Of a DNA stretch of 24,000 bases, positions 9,477 through 17,512 are shown one piece after another. Made by a program: the position numbers and the translations under genes. Positions within the stretch are counted from its first letter, which is position 1. Each line of letters begins with the position of its first letter. The DNA lies in assembly GCA_000405685.1 (NCBI GenBank), contig ASPF01000025.1, positions 5,347 to 29,346 of the forward strand, read 5' to 3'. Below the pieces are notes generated by a model that ran no database searches, was not told where the DNA came from, and saw nothing but the letters and a program-made list of their open reading frames with translations. Origin of the DNA: Candidatus Geocrenenecus sp. JGI 0000106-J15 (lineage in GTDB: Archaea > Thermoproteota > Nitrososphaeria_A > Caldarchaeales > Wolframiiraptoraceae).

Positions 9477-10118
9477 TTAAATCTTTGGTTTAACATATAT
9501 CTTTCCTCCTAGGATTGTATTGTTTGGTATTAGTACTTTTACACCATCCTGCTTCATAATCACTGTGAATAATGTTGAAACATCTTCCACTATACCTTCT
9601 TCTCCACCTAAGATCACATGGTCTCCAATCCTAACTGGTCTAACTAATAAGAGGAATAGTCCAGCAATCGCCTGCCCTAGTACTTGCTGTGAAGCGAATC
9701 CTATAACCATCCCTATGAAGCCTCCGAGAGCTACTCCAGCTGCACCTCCAGCTACGCCGCCCGCTATAGCGGCAACTAAAGCTCCTATACCTATAATCTT
9801 TATTATGTTTCTAATTGCAGCTGATGTTGCATGCTCGTATTTTGCTCTCATAGTCCAGTAGAAGAAGACTGCGATACCGTTGACGATCATGTATCCGAAT
9901 CCAACTGCGAGTAGTATCTGAATATACCCGATGTAATCTCTGATGTTTACCTCAAAAGTTGGTAGTAGATCATTGAAGAGCCACTGGGTAGCTGCAGCGA
10001 CAGCGACATACAATACAATGTATAGAACAATCTTAAAGGTGGATGATGCTGTCTTCTTAGCGATCTCGGCTTTAGTTAACTCTTGTAGAATTTGATTCAT
10101 AACCATCACCTCATTCAA
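9477..10118 (-). CDS. Small-conductance mechanosensitive channel family (MscS) protein
   Basis: TM segments followed by GFASQQVLGQAIAGLFLLLVRPVRIGDHVILGGEEGIVEDVSTLFTVI...VLIPNNTI. A shorter start at the internal Met (MNQI) is possible. Confidence 0.88.
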   Translation of the reverse strand: MNEVMVMNQILQELTKAEIAKKTASSTFKIVLYIVLYVAVAAATQWLFNDLLPTFEVNIRDYIGYIQILLAVGFGYMIVNGIAVFFYWTMRAKYEHATSAAIRNIIKIIGIGALVAAIAGGVAGGAAGVALGGFIGMVIGFASQQVLGQAIAGLFLLLVRPVRIGDHVILGGEEGIVEDVSTLFTVIMKQDGVKVLIPNNTILGGKIYVKPKI

Positions 10119-10250
10119 AAGAGTAAATCAAACATTATCTCGAGGATGAAAGCTATAAAGTTTACTAGTTCTACATGAAGACTTCTTACAACTTATCAAC
10201 TTAAGATATTTGTAGAATATCTTTATATTCTAATCTCTCCTCCTTGATGA

Positions 10251-11144
10251 ATGATAGCTTTGAAGTTAGAGAGTGTTCTCGATAGAGTTAAGGTTTACTA
10301 TTCTGTGACTAAGCCGAGGATTTGGTATCTACTAGCATATACGGCTTTCGGTGGATATGTCGCAGGTTCAGGAGCAGCTGTAGATTGGGTTAAAGCATTG
10401 ATAGCTACTTTATCGGTTGTATTAGCATCTGCGGGATCTGAGGCGATAGCGAATTTTATCGAGAAAGATGTTGATGCATTAATGGAGAGAACAAAAAATA
10501 GACCATTGCCGTCTGGAAAGATTAAGCCTGAATGGAAAGCATTAATGTTAGGTTTCATATTAACTGGGCTAGGAGTATATCTAGCATATACTATTAATTT
10601 ACTAGCATTAGTCTTCATCTTGATCGGAGTAATAGATTATCTAGTGATATACATAATGTTATCAAAGAAGAAGACGCCTCTAAACATTATACTTGGAAGT
10701 GTAGCTGGTGGAGCACCAACAATGGTTGGATATGTTTCAGCTTCTAACCAGATAACCTTGGACTCGATAATTCTTGCAGGAGTAGTCGTTTTATGGATTC
10801 CAAGCCATATATGGAGTCTAGCCTTAAGATATAAAGAAGACTACATGAGAGCAGGCATACCTATGCTCCCCGTAGTTATTAGTGAAAATAAAGCAATAAG
10901 ATGCATCTCATCTACAGCAATCATATTGATAATCTTCTCGATCTCAGTGTACTTCATCAATCCATTAAAATATGGATATCTATACCTAGCTACAGCATCA
11001 ATCTCTGGCTTAATCCTACTGTATCTAGCCCTCAAACTAATCTATGCTCCGAGCAAAAAGTTAGCATGGAAAATGTTTAAGTATACATCCCCCCATCTCG
11101 CAGTAATCTTTACAGCGATAATAATCGAGTCAATAATAGCATAG
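10251..11144 (+). CDS. ctaB: UbiA prenyltransferase, protoheme IX farnesyltransferase (heme o synthase)-like
   Basis: KPRIWYLLAYTAFGGYVAGSG, ASAGSEAIANFIEKDVDALMERTKNRPLPSG, and WIPSHIWSLALRYKEDYMRAGIPMLPVV. Confidence 0.88.
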   Translation: MIALKLESVLDRVKVYYSVTKPRIWYLLAYTAFGGYVAGSGAAVDWVKALIATLSVVLASAGSEAIANFIEKDVDALMERTKNRPLPSGKIKPEWKALMLGFILTGLGVYLAYTINLLALVFILIGVIDYLVIYIMLSKKKTPLNIILGSVAGGAPTMVGYVSASNQITLDSIILAGVVVLWIPSHIWSLALRYKEDYMRAGIPMLPVVISENKAIRCISSTAIILIIFSISVYFINPLKYGYLYLATASISGLILLYLALKLIYAPSKKLAWKMFKYTSPHLAVIFTAIIIESIIA

Positions 11145-11232
11145 CGAGATCAAGATCTAAAAATGGTTAAGATGGATAATGTTTTATTTAACCTAATATT
11201 AGTTGATAGTGTAACCAAAGGGTCGTGAAGAA

Positions 11233-11745
11233 ATGATAGAAGATAAATCTAGTAAGAAGATTGGCTTCCATCTAGTAGAGAATACTTGGGATACATTGAA
11301 GAAGGAGATGAGTAGAATAATTGGAGAAGAAGAAGCAGTTCTACTAACTATTTTTAGATTTTCTTCTCCATCCATGAAAGGAGAAGAGGAGGATGAAGAA
11401 AAAGAAGCATATATTGAGACAGCATTTGTGAAGAATTTAAAGAATACTGTAAAGAAGATTAAAGAGAAATTTAAAGCTGAGCCACATATGCATCTTCATT
11501 CAAACCATGGTTCAGTAACCTTCTTAATAGCCTCTCCTGGAGAGCTTCTAGTAGATAATCTTAGAGGTATGGTGATAGAAGCATCTACATGTGAGGAATG
11601 TATTTTAAATTATTTAGAAGGTGAGGTAAGACTAGGAGAAGAAGTAGCTACTTTATTCTATGGATCTTCACAGAATGTTACCTTTATCCTTCCAGCAGCT
11701 GATGGTAGAAAGCTTCAAATCATTGAAGCAGTTATATCAATCTGA
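11233..11745 (+). CDS. Hypothetical protein (170 aa)
   Basis: Intact ORF with a coherent composition and an acidic insert (KGEEEDEEKEA). No family recognised. Confidence 0.65.
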   Translation: MIEDKSSKKIGFHLVENTWDTLKKEMSRIIGEEEAVLLTIFRFSSPSMKGEEEDEEKEAYIETAFVKNLKNTVKKIKEKFKAEPHMHLHSNHGSVTFLIASPGELLVDNLRGMVIEASTCEECILNYLEGEVRLGEEVATLFYGSSQNVTFILPAADGRKLQIIEAVISI

Positions 11746-12244
11746 GCTTTTCACCGAATCTTTCTGAGAAAACGATCTCGATTAACTTCTTTCTATTCTT
11801 CAAGCCTTTTATCTTTCTCGTAGGGTAGCCGAAGCCTATTACTGCAGCTACTGTTAGATTCTCAGGAATTCCATATTCTTTTTTCATTTCTCTTTCTCTT
11901 ACCCCTGTGTATATGCATGACCCTACACCCATACTCCATGCTGTAAGCTGCATGTTCTGGATAGCTCTACCTGCATCTACTAAGTGGAATGGATATTTAG
12001 GATCTGTTAAAACTATGATTGCGAAATCTGCCCCAGCCACCCATTTACCGGTAGTGCTTAATTCTGCAAGTTTCTTTATATTGTTTTTATCTTCTACTAG
12101 TATGAACCTCCAATGTTGTAGATTTAATCCTGTCGGAGACATTCTAGCAGCTTCTAGAATCTTAAGTTTCACATCATCTGGGACACTCTCACTAGAATAT
12201 TCTCTAACCTCTATTCTAGATAATATTGCATCAAAAACCTCCAT
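11732..12244 (-). CDS. Nitroreductase family protein
   Basis: DAILSRIEVREYSSESVPDDVKLKILEAARMSPTGLNLQHWRFILVEDK, AWSMGVGSCIYTG, and AAVIGFGYP motifs. Confidence 0.9.
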   Translation of the reverse strand: MEVFDAILSRIEVREYSSESVPDDVKLKILEAARMSPTGLNLQHWRFILVEDKNNIKKLAELSTTGKWVAGADFAIIVLTDPKYPFHLVDAGRAIQNMQLTAWSMGVGSCIYTGVREREMKKEYGIPENLTVAAVIGFGYPTRKIKGLKNRKKLIEIVFSERFGEKLRLI

Positions 12245-12313
12245 GAAAAATACTAGTACAGGATGCCTTAAAAATATTTTTATAATTCCTAGATGTTAAG
12301 CACCCGTCTGAAT

Positions 12314-13882
12314 TTATGATTTATCTTCAAGTACTCTCCTATAGTACTGTTTTACTGACTTACCTGTTTTCTTCTCCCATTCTTCTATTGGTATTCCGTA
12401 TAATCTCTGGACTCTGTCTCTATACCATTCAGGTATAACGTTAAATGCACAGAAGGGTATTATTCTTCCATCAGGCATCAGGTAATGTATGCCACATCTC
12501 ATAACTCTCTCAACATCATAGTTGTACTTGTCTTGGAAATGCATCATACCTATGAATAGGCTTTTCCTATGCCAGTCTCCGACACTCTTATAATCATGCT
12601 TAATTATCATCTCATATATCATTCTCTTAACGTTTACTCCTTGAGGCTGCTTATCTACATTAATGTATTTTCCGAAGTCCCATAGTATTTTAGCAGCAGT
12701 TATAAGCTTACTCTTACCAGACTCTATTTCTTCAGCTCTATCTTGTAGATATTTTATCAATCCATCAATGTCTATGAATTGAGTTATTGGCACTAGTTTA
12801 TCACCATCTTTGAATACATATGTCCCTGCACCACATGCAAAATGTGTTGAAAGCTCATATTTAGGAGATTTGACTAATGCCTCAATGATGTGTGTAAGCG
12901 GTGTGCATGCTGGAACAGGGAACCATGCATCTCTAGATATCTCACCATTAGTCTGCTCCTCAATCTTAATTATACAATCAGGTATAGTTATTCTATATTT
13001 TTCTCTCTCTTTACTTGTTAATCTACCTGTTAACGATACAGGCTGGAAGTTAACAGACCTTATGACATCAATATTCTTAAAGCCGAATCTAATAATGTCT
13101 CCAAGCTCGTGGTCGTTGACCCCACGGATTATTGTGGGAACTAGAACTATACCTACCTCCAGCTTTCTAGCATTCTCAATAACCTTAGGTGCTTCCCAAT
13201 GATTCTTCGGGTTAGTCCTAGATGTAACGCCATCAAAGCTAAGATATAGATTGCTTACACCTGCCTCCTTAACCTTCTTGAAGAACTCGAAGTCGTATGA
13301 AAGCCTAATACCGTTAGTATTAAGCTGGACATGGTCGACACCCTCCTCTTTTATGACTTTAATAATCTCTGGCAGATCATCTCTTAGCGTGGGCTCACCT
13401 CCAGTAAGCTGTATAGAGTTCCCCGCAACAGGATACTCTCTTCTAAGAACTCTAACCATCTCTCTAATCTGTTCAATAGAAGGCTCATAAACGTATCCAG
13501 CACGTTCGGCGAAGAAGAAACAATACCAGCAATATAGGTCGCATCGATTTGTTACGACGAGGTTCGCCAAAGCTGTATGGCTTAGATGTCCTGGGCAGAG
13601 ACCGCAGTTGGCTGGACATGAATATCCAACTATGTTTATGTTCGTGCTTCCTGTGCCTTTACCATCGTGAGAATATTTACTGAATCTCTTGTAGATCTCT
13701 GCATCACCATAGTATACTTCGACGACTTCACCATGTATAGGACATTCCTTCTCTAAGAAGATTTTACCACTTCTTTCTACGATCTCAGCTGGAATAACCA
13801 TGTTACATTCAGGGCAGATGCTAAAAGTAGTCTTCAAAACATTTCTAACCTCACTTACCCCGCTTACAGTCTGCCTCGACAT
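12314..13882 (-). CDS. tes: Radical SAM protein of the tetraether lipid synthase (GDGT-MAS/Tes, MJ0619-like) family
   Basis: CxxxCxxC cluster in VVTNRCDLYCWYCFFFAERAGYVYEPS, QLTGGEPTLRDDLPEI, N-terminal CPECN...CPIHG and CPANCGLCPGH cysteine motifs, C-terminal CGIHYLMPDGRIIPFCAFN. Confidence 0.75.
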   Translation of the reverse strand: MSRQTVSGVSEVRNVLKTTFSICPECNMVIPAEIVERSGKIFLEKECPIHGEVVEVYYGDAEIYKRFSKYSHDGKGTGSTNINIVGYSCPANCGLCPGHLSHTALANLVVTNRCDLYCWYCFFFAERAGYVYEPSIEQIREMVRVLRREYPVAGNSIQLTGGEPTLRDDLPEIIKVIKEEGVDHVQLNTNGIRLSYDFEFFKKVKEAGVSNLYLSFDGVTSRTNPKNHWEAPKVIENARKLEVGIVLVPTIIRGVNDHELGDIIRFGFKNIDVIRSVNFQPVSLTGRLTSKEREKYRITIPDCIIKIEEQTNGEISRDAWFPVPACTPLTHIIEALVKSPKYELSTHFACGAGTYVFKDGDKLVPITQFIDIDGLIKYLQDRAEEIESGKSKLITAAKILWDFGKYINVDKQPQGVNVKRMIYEMIIKHDYKSVGDWHRKSLFIGMMHFQDKYNYDVERVMRCGIHYLMPDGRIIPFCAFNVIPEWYRDRVQRLYGIPIEEWEKKTGKSVKQYYRRVLEDKS

Positions 13883-14059
13883 CGTCCATCGACTGCTTGA
13901 AACATGCTCAGCATTTAATTAAAACATTTCCAAACTAACTCTAGTCAGAAAGTTAAGCATAGAAGTGTGTCGGGAAAGACTCAATAAATGAGCTACTTAA
14001 ATTTAAAAATCAAAATCTAAATACAACCATAACATAAACATTAAGTGAGGCTGCTGTAA

Positions 14060-14176
14060 CCCGCGGTAGCTCAGCCTGGTAGAGCGTCCGGCTGTAGCCA
14101 TGCCCATGTTGGTATGGTCACAGTGGCCAGGCTGACAGAAACCGGATGGTCGCAGGTTCAAATCCTGCCCGCGGGA
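14060..14176 (+). tRNA. tRNA-Tyr(GTA) with a 43-nt intron at 14098-14140; CCA not encoded
   Basis: Acceptor cccgcgg/ccgcggg with C1-G72, D stem gctc/gagc, anticodon stem tccgg/ccgga with loop ctgtag|a, T arm gcagg-ttcaaat-cctgc, discriminator a. The intron 3' end has acag complementary to ctgt, then aa|a, consistent with a BHB splice site at 37/38. Confidence 0.93.
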
Positions 14177-14201
14177 TATTTCTATCCTAGTTTATATTGT
14201 T

Positions 14202-14642
14202 TTACCAAAGTTCTGGGTTCTTACTGTATCTTATCTTTTCTCGTGGGTCGTTGTTGAGCCTCCATAATCCTTTGTATGCATTTAGTATGATTATTTCTAA
14301 TTCTCCTATTACGAAATCGCTTAGTAAGACTTCTCTTTCAATCGGTGATATAACTACATCGACTGGTAGCTCATCTGATTTAGTATCTTCTTCAACTAAC
14401 TGTATAGTTGAGCCATGTTTAACTGTATAGAATCTTATAGGTCCACCTGCAGTATCATATACTGATTCTACTACATCGTTTGGTGGAGGCCATAAGCCTA
14501 GGTTTTCAGCTAGCTTGATTGGTATTATTATTTCAGGTGATGTTCCAATGTATCCCGTGTTTAAGAGAGAGCTTGTCTCTATTATTTCTCCTACTTTGAA
14601 TCCTTTTAGACTCTTAATCCTCACTCTTACCCTTATAGGCAT
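14202..14642 (-). CDS. Clan AA (retropepsin-like) aspartyl-protease-fold protein, possibly inactive
   Basis: RVRVKS...VGEIIETSSLLNTGYIGTSPEIIIPIKLAENLGLWP resembles the DTGA...LP..LAEKLGL pattern of small clan AA proteins, with N where the catalytic D is expected. Confidence 0.45.
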   Translation of the reverse strand: MPIRVRVRIKSLKGFKVGEIIETSSLLNTGYIGTSPEIIIPIKLAENLGLWPPPNDVVESVYDTAGGPIRFYTVKHGSTIQLVEEDTKSDELPVDVVISPIEREVLLSDFVIGELEIIILNAYKGLWRLNNDPREKIRYSKNPELW

Positions 14643-14856
14643 TCTTTGAATCCTCCACGACCTTTCTTAGAATCTCTATACTATAGACTCTACCAATACG
14701 TCTATAGGAGACAAGTTTTACAAAACCTATCTTCGAATTCTCCAATCCAAGAATCAACCAGTCTAAACACTATATAAGTCTTTTAGAAAATCACTATTAA
14801 CATAATTTTCTAAACCAATATCGATATATGTTAAATAGACGTATGTAGACATATGG

Positions 14857-15756
14857 ATGATAGACGTGTCTTCATGGTTTATTTCTAAGAAAATTAGTTT
14901 GGCTGTCTTAGTAATTATCGTTGCTGGCTTACTTTCTACATATCTTTACTTTGTCATCTTCTATCCTATGCTTACATCGACGTTGCCTACTTCCGCGACA
15001 GTGACAGTTAATCCATCATTAGTCAGCTTAGAATTAGAGATTACGAGTAGTGAAGGCATGAGAGAATTTAAAGATATAGCTATCATAGAGGTGGATGATG
15101 TTGATTCTTTATTGTTTAGAATTGTTGATTCAAGAGTTGAGAAGCTAGAATCTTTAAGCTTATCAGGAAGAGTTAGGCTTGAATCAGGTGAGAAAACATA
15201 TGAGATTAGTATGCCATGTATTCTTTTCCCTGCTTCTTCATGTCCAAGAATAACAATGATTATACCTGGATATGATGCGCCTTTAACCATAGAATCTGGG
15301 AGATACCTCTTAACATTCGAGCTTAGTTGGAGAGAAGCCAGAGATAGTGGAAAGGTAAGCTTAATGTTGTCGCCTAGGGCTTACGATGCATCCATGATAA
15401 GTTTAGGGTCTCGTGAACCAGGAGATACGTCGAACTGGGTTACAGCAGAGGGTTCAACGAGATCTTATACTCTCCTCGTTGATAAGGTAGAAGCTATTAC
15501 GGATGATTTGGGATTCGGTGAATTTAAAGCATATGTATGGGTCTTCCAAACTGTCGGAGATGATGTGAAGATGTTTAGATTAGAGTTAACCTCGATTGAA
15601 TCTGGAATTGTTAAAGCGGTCTTAGACGTACCAGTTGAGAAGAAGGAAATATACTATCATGTGATGCTGGCTGTCAAGGCTAGACCTGGAAGTTATGAAT
15701 TAAGCATTAAACATCCTATCCAACTATCTATAGATCTTAGAGTTAGAGAAGGTTAG
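14857..15756 (+). CDS. Membrane-anchored, extracytoplasmic hypothetical protein
   Basis: N-terminal signal-anchor (ISLAVLVIIVAGLLSTYLYFVIFYPM) followed by about 260 aa of beta-rich sequence. ORF starts ATG GAT-less at TTG/ATG-type start as supplied in the track. Confidence 0.65.
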   Translation: MIDVSSWFISKKISLAVLVIIVAGLLSTYLYFVIFYPMLTSTLPTSATVTVNPSLVSLELEITSSEGMREFKDIAIIEVDDVDSLLFRIVDSRVEKLESLSLSGRVRLESGEKTYEISMPCILFPASSCPRITMIIPGYDAPLTIESGRYLLTFELSWREARDSGKVSLMLSPRAYDASMISLGSREPGDTSNWVTAEGSTRSYTLLVDKVEAITDDLGFGEFKAYVWVFQTVGDDVKMFRLELTSIESGIVKAVLDVPVEKKEIYYHVMLAVKARPGSYELSIKHPIQLSIDLRVREG

Positions 15757-15795
15757 AGTTCTCTTAGAACATGCATGGATAGTTGACTCAGTATT

Positions 15796-16959
15796 TTATA
15801 CATGAATCTTCTTCCACATTTCTCTAGCTAATTCTCCATCATACTTAAAGAAATGGAGGAGTTCTTCTGCTTCTATTCTTCTCTGCTGATGTTCTTCTAG
15901 GAATGATGTAACCTTCTCGATTAATATATTCTTCATCTCTCCACTAAGGATTTTTCCTGATCTATAATCTTCCTCGAGCTTCTTAACCTTAGAATCATCA
16001 GGCTCAAAGAAGAAGTGGAGCCACTGGAAGGCAACATCTACTTCAGGATTTCCGCCTAGCTTTCTATGAAGTTCAACTGTTGGCTGACCTCCAGAATATG
16101 CTAGCCAGATCTTTTTCCTGATGGTCTTAGCATCGTCGTGGAGATATATTGCAGACTCAGGCTTACTTGCACTCATCTTTCCAGTAGGCCCAGTTAATGG
16201 GGGGAGAAACTTACTATGTATTGCAGCTGTCTTATAGTATCCGAGAGATTCAGCTATATCTCTCTGTATCCTCCAGTATGGATCTTGGTCGATTGCCGCA
16301 GGAATTAAGCATCTCTTCTTCTCGAATAGTGCTGGAACGATCTGTAATGCTGGATAGAAGATTAAGCCAATATTTGTTTCATGGGTAAATCCGAAGACTG
16401 CTCTAACCCAGCTAAAGTTAATCTTTCTAGCAACTTTAAGAGCTATCGGATACATATTCTTAACATATTCAGTATCTTGGAAGATGAATGTTCTATCAGG
16501 ATCGAATCCAACAGCGATGATGTCTAATGCATTCTCATAAGACCACTTGATGGTATCTTCTAAAGTTAATCCTCTACTCTCTTCTAGATATTTTTCATCA
16601 TCTGTTAACTGGATATAGACATTTACCTTAAACCTATCCTGTAGCCATTTAGTGAAATAGAATGGAATGATATGCCCTATATGCATCGGCCCGCTTGGTC
16701 CTCTCCCAGTATATAGGAAGAATCCTCTATCGCTCTCCCAGTCATCGAGAACTTTATCTAGATCTCTGTGGGAGAAGAATATCCTCCGTCTTAATAGATG
16801 GTGATTTTCCCCGGCTGATTTTATAAATCTCTCCATTAATTTATCATCTATTATGTTTGTCCCGAATCTTTCTACAAGCTTAATATAGTCTACTTCTCCT
16901 TCAACTACCCATGGAGTTACTGTAAAGTCTTCTCTATTACTTGAACCAAAGATATTCAC
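15796..16959 (-). CDS. trpS: Tryptophan-tRNA ligase
   Basis: TGRGPSGPMHIGHIIPF (HIGH-like), IQLTDDEKYLE, AAIDQDPYWRIQRDIAE, LTGPTGKMSASKPESAIYL (KMSAS). Confidence 0.95.
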   Translation of the reverse strand: MNIFGSSNREDFTVTPWVVEGEVDYIKLVERFGTNIIDDKLMERFIKSAGENHHLLRRRIFFSHRDLDKVLDDWESDRGFFLYTGRGPSGPMHIGHIIPFYFTKWLQDRFKVNVYIQLTDDEKYLEESRGLTLEDTIKWSYENALDIIAVGFDPDRTFIFQDTEYVKNMYPIALKVARKINFSWVRAVFGFTHETNIGLIFYPALQIVPALFEKKRCLIPAAIDQDPYWRIQRDIAESLGYYKTAAIHSKFLPPLTGPTGKMSASKPESAIYLHDDAKTIRKKIWLAYSGGQPTVELHRKLGGNPEVDVAFQWLHFFFEPDDSKVKKLEEDYRSGKILSGEMKNILIEKVTSFLEEHQQRRIEAEELLHFFKYDGELAREMWKKIHV

Positions 16960-17021
16960 CCATCTTCTTCCCCTCTAAACTATCTAAAACTTGTTAATAA
17001 GCTTCTTCTAAAACCTTCACT

Positions 17022-17365
17022 ATGAAGTCATCTCAAAACTGTTTAGGCTTCTCTTTCCCGGCTTTCTTTATGGAGTTATTTGAGCTTAGTGATTTTGAGT
17101 AGGAGATCATTAAGCATCTACTACCTCCTAAGTCTAGGGTTGGTAGGACTAGGGCTAATGATAGGATAGTCTTGAACGGTATACTAGACATACCTACTAT
17201 TGGTAGGAAGCAGTAACCTACAATACTGAGCTATATAAGAAGATGAGAAGCGCTGTAGATAGATTCTTCGGATGGCGAAAATCATTTAGAAGAATAATTA
17301 TAAGGTATGAGGGGCCAGCATCAACATACAAAGCTGTATGTAAAATGCTAAACCAAGAATCTTAA
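17022..17365 (+). pseudogene. Internally deleted IS5-type transposase remnant
   Basis: Frame from ATG 17022: MELFELSDFE*EIIKHLLPPKSRVGRTRANDRIVLNGIL (TAG at 17100-17102). A different frame, 17228-17365, gives ELYKKMRSAVDRFFGWRKSFRRIIIRYEGPASTYKAVCKMLNQES*. These match the LSDeEWeii.pLLPP...LNGIL N-terminus and RSAVERFF.W.K.FRRi..RYE..A C-terminus of IS5-family transposases. Confidence 0.85.
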
Positions 17366-17380
17366 GCTCCAGAGGAGCTT
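17364..17380 (+). terminator. Possible hairpin (aagctcc-aga-ggagctt) followed by T-rich sequence
   Basis: Perfect 7-bp inverted repeat with 3-nt loop, then tattcttctt. It sits immediately at the 3' end of the transposase remnant. Confidence 0.35.
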
Positions 17381-17512
17381 TATTCTTCTTAAAAATGTCT
17401 ATGCCCTCAACGAGAGACGTAGTATCAACATGAGAGAAGTCACAACAGGAAGATGTATAAACCTTACATTGCTACGTCCGATTAGGAGGAATATTAATAT
17501 AGGACCGGGGCC

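Noticed and set aside
17022-17215. Reading 17022-17215 as an independent small gene
   Set aside because: It contains an in-frame TAG and matches a transposase N-terminus, so it is a pseudogene fragment.
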